Shown: positions 62,801-64,000 of the stretch, in pieces | Layout of the letters: every line of letters begins with the position of its first letter | Numbering within the stretch: position 1 is the first letter of the stretch | Source of the DNA: an uncultured Planctomycetia bacterium | Lineage (GTDB): Bacteria; Omnitrophota; Gorgyraeia; Tantalellales; Tantalellaceae | Reading direction: 5' to 3' | NCBI GenBank assembly: GCA_964572255.1 | Contig: CAZNEE010000002.1 | Span: 210,942-274,941 of the forward strand | DNA: 64,000 nucleotides | The notes under the pieces: model-generated | Database searches by the model: none | Told to the model about the DNA's origin: nothing | The model's input: the letters and a program-made list of their open reading frames with translations, nothing else | Position numbers and translations under genes: made by a program

Positions 62801-64000
62801 GGATGACGGCAATTTTATCTTTGCCAATCCTTTTATAGCGCCGATATTCCCTTGCAACATCAGGATCGCTCCGGGCTTAAGGCCTGCTGCTTTTCCTTCC
62901 AGTTTCTCCTTGAGATCCAACTCCTCCTCGTCCATTTCTTCCGGAGGGGACATGTACGGCCAGAATATGAAAATAAGATCATATTCGGAAAAATCTTCAT
63001 CAAATATATCGCTGTCCTTATCCGCGATCTCAATATTTGATACATCAATTCCTCCTTTTCCCCCGATCTCTTTAACGCATCCTTCGCCCTCTTCTCGAAG
63101 CATATCGTTCAACTCGTAACATTTGACTTTTTTCGCATACTGTCCGAATATCAAAGCGGATTTTGCGTTACCCCCGTATCCTATCAGCACCTTACGGGCT
63201 CTTTTCGAGAGCCATTTAGCTATCATCTTTAGATGTGAAGTTTGAGGGCTTAAATATGCCCCCACTTTATCTCTTGTTTTAAAAAATGTCAGTCTTTTAG
63301 AATCCACCCCTTGTTTATAATATTTGCCTATAAGATCTATCGCTTCTTCCGGGGTGTTCGGAGCCGGATGATTCTCAAGGAAGAAATCCATCTCTTCCGA
63401 CGACAATCTGCTATGACGGCTTCTTGTAACCGTGAAAAATCTTCCTAAACTTTCCGCCTGTTCGGACGTAAGTTTTTTGTATTTACCCGTCAATTCATAA
63501 TAACCCGGGGTTTCACTGGATACATATTTAAGCATTCCTCTGCCTATAAGACTTTCCAGCCCGATGATCGTTGTTTTTCCCGTAATACTTTTTTGCAGTT
63601 TTTCTTCCATACTTTTTTTGAATTCGTAAAAATCTATCCGGCGATTCTTGAAGTATTCAAAATTCGACAAGATGAATTCAAATGTCTCATCCATGGCATC
63701 ATGCAGTCCCACAAGATAATTTTCGAATGCCGGAGTTAAAGCTTCTGCGGTATCCTCATCTATGTTCTCCTTATGGGAAAGGGTCTTTAACAAACTAAGC
63801 CATGATCCCACATCGGCTTTATGCCTTATGAATACATCCCTCAAATAAGGTCTTGGTTCGGTAAGGGCAGAGATCTGATCGGAAAGAGAAAAGACCACTG
63901 TTTCAAGATACAGCGTTTTATTCAGCTCTTTAACTTTCCGTATTAAACGAAGATTGTGATTCAGCGCGTTAACGATAACTACTTCAAGAGGAAGTGTTAT
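47843..64000 (-). CDS. Giant multidomain membrane protein (>=5385 aa, 5' end outside the window): SAM-MTase-like, repeated TM hairpins, GH5-like glycosidase + FN3, HATPase-like, Ser/Thr kinase, PAS-PAS-GGDEF, conserved C-terminal domain
   Basis: Frame checked by hand: no stop from 63898 to 64000. Motifs IGSGGMCSV/ALK/HRDLKPMN/DLG/GTPEYASPEQ; DIDHFKGVNDTYGH/RYGGEEF; WDVMSEPE/PVIFGE. Confidence 0.92.
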   Translation of the reverse strand: MTLPLEVVIVNALNHNLRLIRKVKELNKTLYLETVVFSLSDQISALTEPRPYLRDVFIRHKADVGSWLSLLKTLSHKENIDEDTAEALTPAFENYLVGLHDAMDETFEFILSNFEYFKNRRIDFYEFKKSMEEKLQKSITGKTTIIGLESLIGRGMLKYVSSETPGYYELTGKYKKLTSEQAESLGRFFTVTRSRHSRLSSEEMDFFLENHPAPNTPEEAIDLIGKYYKQGVDSKRLTFFKTRDKVGAYLSPQTSHLKMIAKWLSKRARKVLIGYGGNAKSALIFGQYAKKVKCYELNDMLREEGEGCVKEIGGKGGIDVSNIEIADKDSDIFDEDFSEYDLIFIFWPYMSPPEEMDEEELDLKEKLEGKAAGLKPGAILMLQGNIGAIKGLAKIKLPSSVATERIIAYSKKVDKSKIIAQIIDKFLKNLKSLDITFNSSAANLARTIKRSGTVPDDDYLEKIRLGQELRNRVLKRVVSLIEKDTTAKDVLKNNEDLFFTLLYGEMCKREIRDRFKEVSKFITVAENIVKDASLSDKEKIGKLAKSGPDVINPLLFNLTGANDHVAKETVRKIVKKYAKTNMGWSKIRNSLRDTVVVSLDHMGHGNDEAFKFAAEMLGKYGNFYDAENLLLTLFKKKKNKILFAPPDEQRLHNIFKYQKEFDQVWAESWNGFLRSGIYLGHTEEAIYAIFARLGNNAKKYGEDIQKILRDIEKQGERDAAIWTLNILKEALGRIGYRIDTEITKKHFWGGGVETVVKIVPIKKAEESSAGEQKGKKRSDEGFIFIGIPVFLTGLAASLFSGGFMVPIVILSLMFVMYRFFAGTNAGTNLLEALSIADHKKQDGEIEKVDEKTLQDVVKFLEGEKEKIETELEPLMEPFKLLQNGIAAVEYNWGADIEEMTKVDFESIGKEEFLTILKKVMQYIEVLRYFGDLNDYERQMKSYFDEEIQSLIVKGKKRTILDERLSPAYLNKLREEVLNSEGFAEVKEEIEFLKVKEKKDKLAIDKLERQLAFIKDAIQLIEKMRSDEKYKKGERGIFICSEDSTMPFSGQKICIEADTGNVYIKVSVYQQLILIDPSRKSALAKILLVLFAERKFLLDLYLPEIRDRHKTETDKFNNTAYKDKQGKEKQRLLLLGLLEEERALEKYGRCIDSDVKTKLADVGIKMKGFYGWLTGKLQDPNFAKKIVIRHEEIVRTEKDLGGHPEARGQKGIVHTPLLVFGTSFLGSIASLLGMADSMLEITVSGILSFVVASIITVLFMNFFYDSIGGYSRKSLDDTKARMEELSGGDVKDFDAWIRQADMALDTLLRLQESDPEFKNILKGFRKVFDRTVSRFDGLEEESIEWIEVIRERLNIMIEDIKKEEDEKSEPAEKISEKPKIEKIEESEDVELQLGKRERIFVELGPEWKSFYDDIEKTNKTLPSPEKEKKLIKAFRDLLKSTPLDDVKKDRIAAFMAEITRVVHKSYINFRIALLEELPKYSGEKLESHLRNFIVSLGGDIAPELEPYIRNIEEKIEQQRADKGFSYIGVLGFLTVFAASIFTSGSLPEGAVGRFMIPALVLSFLFIICQFFAGGNNAANENNYGRSEPPVSSEQLKREIPYNYMERLYREEPVDNDLFITIFEYHTQLYVKISERIELQKKIRLLKWRIKHERYREEYLQGRIRKHEKRLGELLEEVKEATASAKQDIDEIAGDVKTDRKKEKNQPVARIPAFAKLIKADFDEVVKLVEEAEDLKNYEDSKAYKKVRDILNRIAGEQVALLKKRIARPRRLKKIRLPKRVFDEAKDGKKIWKGWSPFYIFQKYYPKDGRRYAHPGHQGARYFLLWQVYRGYDERIDYELDEEKINIPRIREKISEITEYIDKREKKSREEAKHTFLPGMQDLREQVRLRRKTERRFVNTLKSCIEDLERSPLKVKVLAIIYIKAACELLEIGLAEKAKRVLKHAGELLRERQEAAGSIRNNDSKFVRKELRESTDRRNREFKRLAEDMIKAIENNERWITNRPFITLKKAGRITVSGAAQAIAYSYWVREPEFRKVRQAALGMPEHLNKINHPNKRIARESKDQALAFAHYIKRKCEDAQGLSKLMADYRDRYLDLRSKGKGGSDAKMQAFNSTYEDFEAKANIVRGSPDYYRYFAPFFMAVFLETTKKEPTSKEPITNPLFKAAQDLLLIIDTVDFEYIARKGTLKNETYAVMEGFKDKGNFANLKQSEKRELIKALAADYSLDEKDEKVLKQMARLNKMNYRYLFSAPFLIAGSGAWSMLSSFLFIIGVGALILLIPNIRLIRRIFAAKRYLKEWLEEPDPFKKDDIQRKYRKWNFAINANMFKDRKTKEYIRVNAAIEIIANDICVFPIEKPDGKIRTTTMFANKIFLFKWYYPAVFVFKVTGILSRSVSKTFRLIGNIFKAVFRAFRNSGTKMLLVTVLFLLFPFKVLAAAEVDYTYYSPSGFIETETYLEDWDHDTPDYELDDYLADTVVHREDFDFYGNGTSGRIDRITWPDGSYEEPEYYAGTDIIHFIRGYDAGGDPTFVHETVVQETATPGFAIRKYTNKAGASYHLANGRMYLNTERLEDGTVRTFEYDASWDLTETLIYHTDGRLERIDHVQQIIENLTPGSDFARGANLWIEYGYDIGDGANGEDYVGLATRRELLLQELNRFKGCTVRVFLFCDLRSGIVFDGTGTPTGFSAHVYEDMDTLIEAANVLGIRLMPVLYDYLIADGIDMEGPNPVGEHPDIISEPAKINAILALMAQFVNDYADRPEIVAWDVMSEPEEIPELTSLTMAQVHGFLDLHVQMIHNQDPGSVVTVGARNRETLMDNWTDLGLDLYQPHYYDYMEVWFPIADPLTNWGSSLDGPVIFGELEPTNFGDKYSAIYASGVDGGLFWQDDMGFIISDANADSIRHWAESTDARPFSPEITSVTASNNDRTFELTWDPYTGSLQGSADGYTIMIGSEEFFVPGVSTSSIIINIPSDMYSGNYDLAIRTEMPDGQTDGDYSYYPGTVHVGKAPGEGDHSHHSGGCFMGGQKVNFDAGFLLPIIGFLIAVWILKKKSKPKEQPQDKEKQDEGEDIEILETFTLSKENMVNNDQDSFGELKKFISKFDFEEKESFKTEYEIFFSVKRTPTNREELARHVIYELNKNLRDHVWGNHKDVDFSIKLQAVRRRSDSRPGIRIISEDEGPSKMELYRIFNGGILRNTESEKILSEISIPVELRGIFLLRLSRIAKDYKDVTLLVESWRDGMRFSHGKEETFDSEVRGNKITVTIFEVSKTTPDGFISQGKASKNIFDRERERIRKNDVTDDYNDRILQLLESFLDKEEKMAHEGYRSKRVKRLTEGEISEIKRIRDLLKNKKDEERMLTAFLQGNEIKLPKDKIGRFIEFFRQFKRNRKDSSNLDEFLRENGIKIPDYKREKLAGFLAEQRKEQIKIYGFDSIIVKAENDFMLGNGDHLKDDNELYVATDVISKLKQRGPPENDTHPLVDEYLLHEILCSILGHYRTIVLLQDHFRENYPDRDDQIQDPKKPNTLYKGELQKALRYVLNGPDILLGKYHKPYRLGVDPQEQRVVTSWPRTAIMDSLKAADKSGSMENWLRLVEFSNKRGQNTEPLSLKDVEDRIGYMAEGIEEVVIPRLIENELINNEEAFRVYTSGSYFWLDRSADDLQIDVIADGEREFASYELDRETVKKIFPDLGYDPLKVKINIFGAKQLEHAAAGHDIKGREELLSRLITLPHESILFLGNAIDFNKVWVDKEAHACNILIMDDILKLDIARLKNKPRPTENEKRLLDWCTIRRRGILDYARQGSVLELFKNISSKSYLSDKTVLGGTLFAAFQEKEIPDSASSSKLDNAYINTGLKSGDVFEDRYEIIKEIGSGGMCSVFLVFDREMGRTIALKVMKQGGQRQRERFLREIRYMRELSHKGIIKVHDVYDRKKHNIPFYSMEMIEGPTLGDYIESLKYRKYDEREVVGLFRHIADSIAYMHSLGIIHRDLKPMNVLMRRVAALNTATEYQPLIADLGLAARGYDIKKTGSIRDTMENIFLGTPEYASPEQSVTLAVTEKPMESDESYKRRIIKFLHKHGIPYIDYREEPAEEYKVDIFSLGILLYEMATGEKPFANELTDDFIMLKFDPPKLPKEINSKISLNLQAVIMKCLKLNPRERYSAEELAEDIGNLAEGRETNAYKEEYVQKYRKMLNRRHFMAATLGMIISAAICWFAPDTSAEVFEYIIEYAGIADYVKSNPFIAFVASVAILLPIALLWPISGIKVLIDWFKDRAAKKNVLSKRPAPDEETGGLIGKLFRDKEAADQITEGIIGKEEEEGTILAFYNAVGEPLYTKDGREARVKIIETDLAASGGEKIKILEDNENIRGFANSEKVYLIQSLSENQHALFHEEREQFYSRLSESVKKAKIEGDLDPDSEADDIIDYLKKYHVPESFDMIDEYGDLVKFDIHPHQFLRGAGSSVRLLAHEAKKKLGKHYTAAEFISYLKKNLPPERLNKSEFNLIEYNEIVLGFGGQKLTHGLQDRKSEEGNEAFTRLIKGIEVKGRFVSDKRQFTEIGAVPKVSSIKYAAIIFGALYWAVRSIGDAYLFYKGDILEGLLPLTDIYNLALRAACLIVFVIAGVLGQRVLNKLRSAARDLDEVNRELMASEKQYKEFYDNSPIGFHVLEVTEEDGRKKGIIKQVNRYWCELMGYDEDEIIGKEIFDFMHTDEVEDARRRFEARLRGEDVPQREEGRRYVKKDGTIIYAKTDDTIIKDGKTIVLTSFRDITKLIQAMEEIKKGEEYIGAMLENLPAAVFYKEFDGRKMRVKYANSRFYSMLGLDPETQKVEGLTDIEIRDKFELGKSYDAEKYEADDLRVYQNNTAISVEETNVREGETIHVQVSKERLGNGVLGVFTDITELKQLQKKLEEKSRRLEEETLRDELTDLHNRRYLINEIPGYIRAFERRDEEKGSQNPTPMCAIMCDIDHFKGVNDTYGHPKGDEVLQAIASVVDDELKRGTDFFIRYGGEEFLIIIFDELDKVKKAAEKILNTVRSIEIQGTTVDEEGKEIVRDIDISWSMGIAQLTDKEKESFIRGIREKEEKESSFETEEEKNANSSLLNKMEQEAIDPIVTRADKALYRAKVNGRDRIFISHPDGTFEELIEEEVTDIERSDKDLIMDSIRKAVPRLTNSMFIASSRISPGSIAEGEDLAAKVKSAVYQKKERVGILIDKRLGNGRADEVRKALSDLMRSEDPLLKEWLENIVIHTGDITEMTLDYMKDQKHVKNEDLIVIALDEEFECLKPYTDSVITKINDKDLGMDSYYPLLEIVLFSLARYRLLEFDKEELAEFYRSIPNIDMSRLSADELLALCWDETANRCKTGGIITIKLGIPDAEQITAGTVEYMAIAEYLKTNA

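Noticed and set aside
920-63119. Numerous plus-strand ORFs of 60-263 aa (e.g. 11067-11753, 19023-19814, 21439-22104, 51791-52495)
   Set aside because: Nearly all lie antisense to well-supported minus-strand genes, have Ser/Phe/Ile-rich shadow composition and show no motifs.
63896-63898. GTG start given for the 5351-aa ORF
   Set aside because: The frame stays open to position 64000, so the true start is probably outside the window.

Overview
Bacterial chromosomal window with every credible gene on the minus strand. Positions 1-39.6 kb are housekeeping, in transcription order: cinA-like, thpR, recA, alaS, hisD-B-H-A-F-I, trpE-G-D-C-F-B-A, ruvX, M16 and M50 peptidases, rpe, phosphohexomutase, lepA, lepB, pgsA, der, plsY, an orphan locus, gpsA, tRNA-Pro(GGG), hom, thrC, apgM-like, aspartokinase, cimA, valS, rluB-like, nadC and uvrB (truncated). 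Positions 39.7-64 kb hold two tandem giant genes: 2704 aa, and at least 5385 aa (open past the window edge). They are mosaics of unrelated domains: MTase-like, clan GH-A glycosidase plus FN3, Ser/Thr kinase, PAS-PAS-GGDEF, DapA-like aldolase, histidine kinase and others. Such giant genes suggest Candidatus Omnitrophota, but this is inference. Main observations: (i) repeated internal prepilin-like (K/E)-G|hydrophobic transmembrane modules suggest the giants are processed polyproteins; (ii) both end in a homologous ~190-aa C-terminal domain; (iii) a complete secreted glycosidase, with its own signal peptide and GGC-type sorting tail, sits in frame inside the larger gene; (iv) a palindromic REP-like repeat brackets one domain in frame and also occurs intergenically. 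All domain calls are by motif inspection only; no searches were run.
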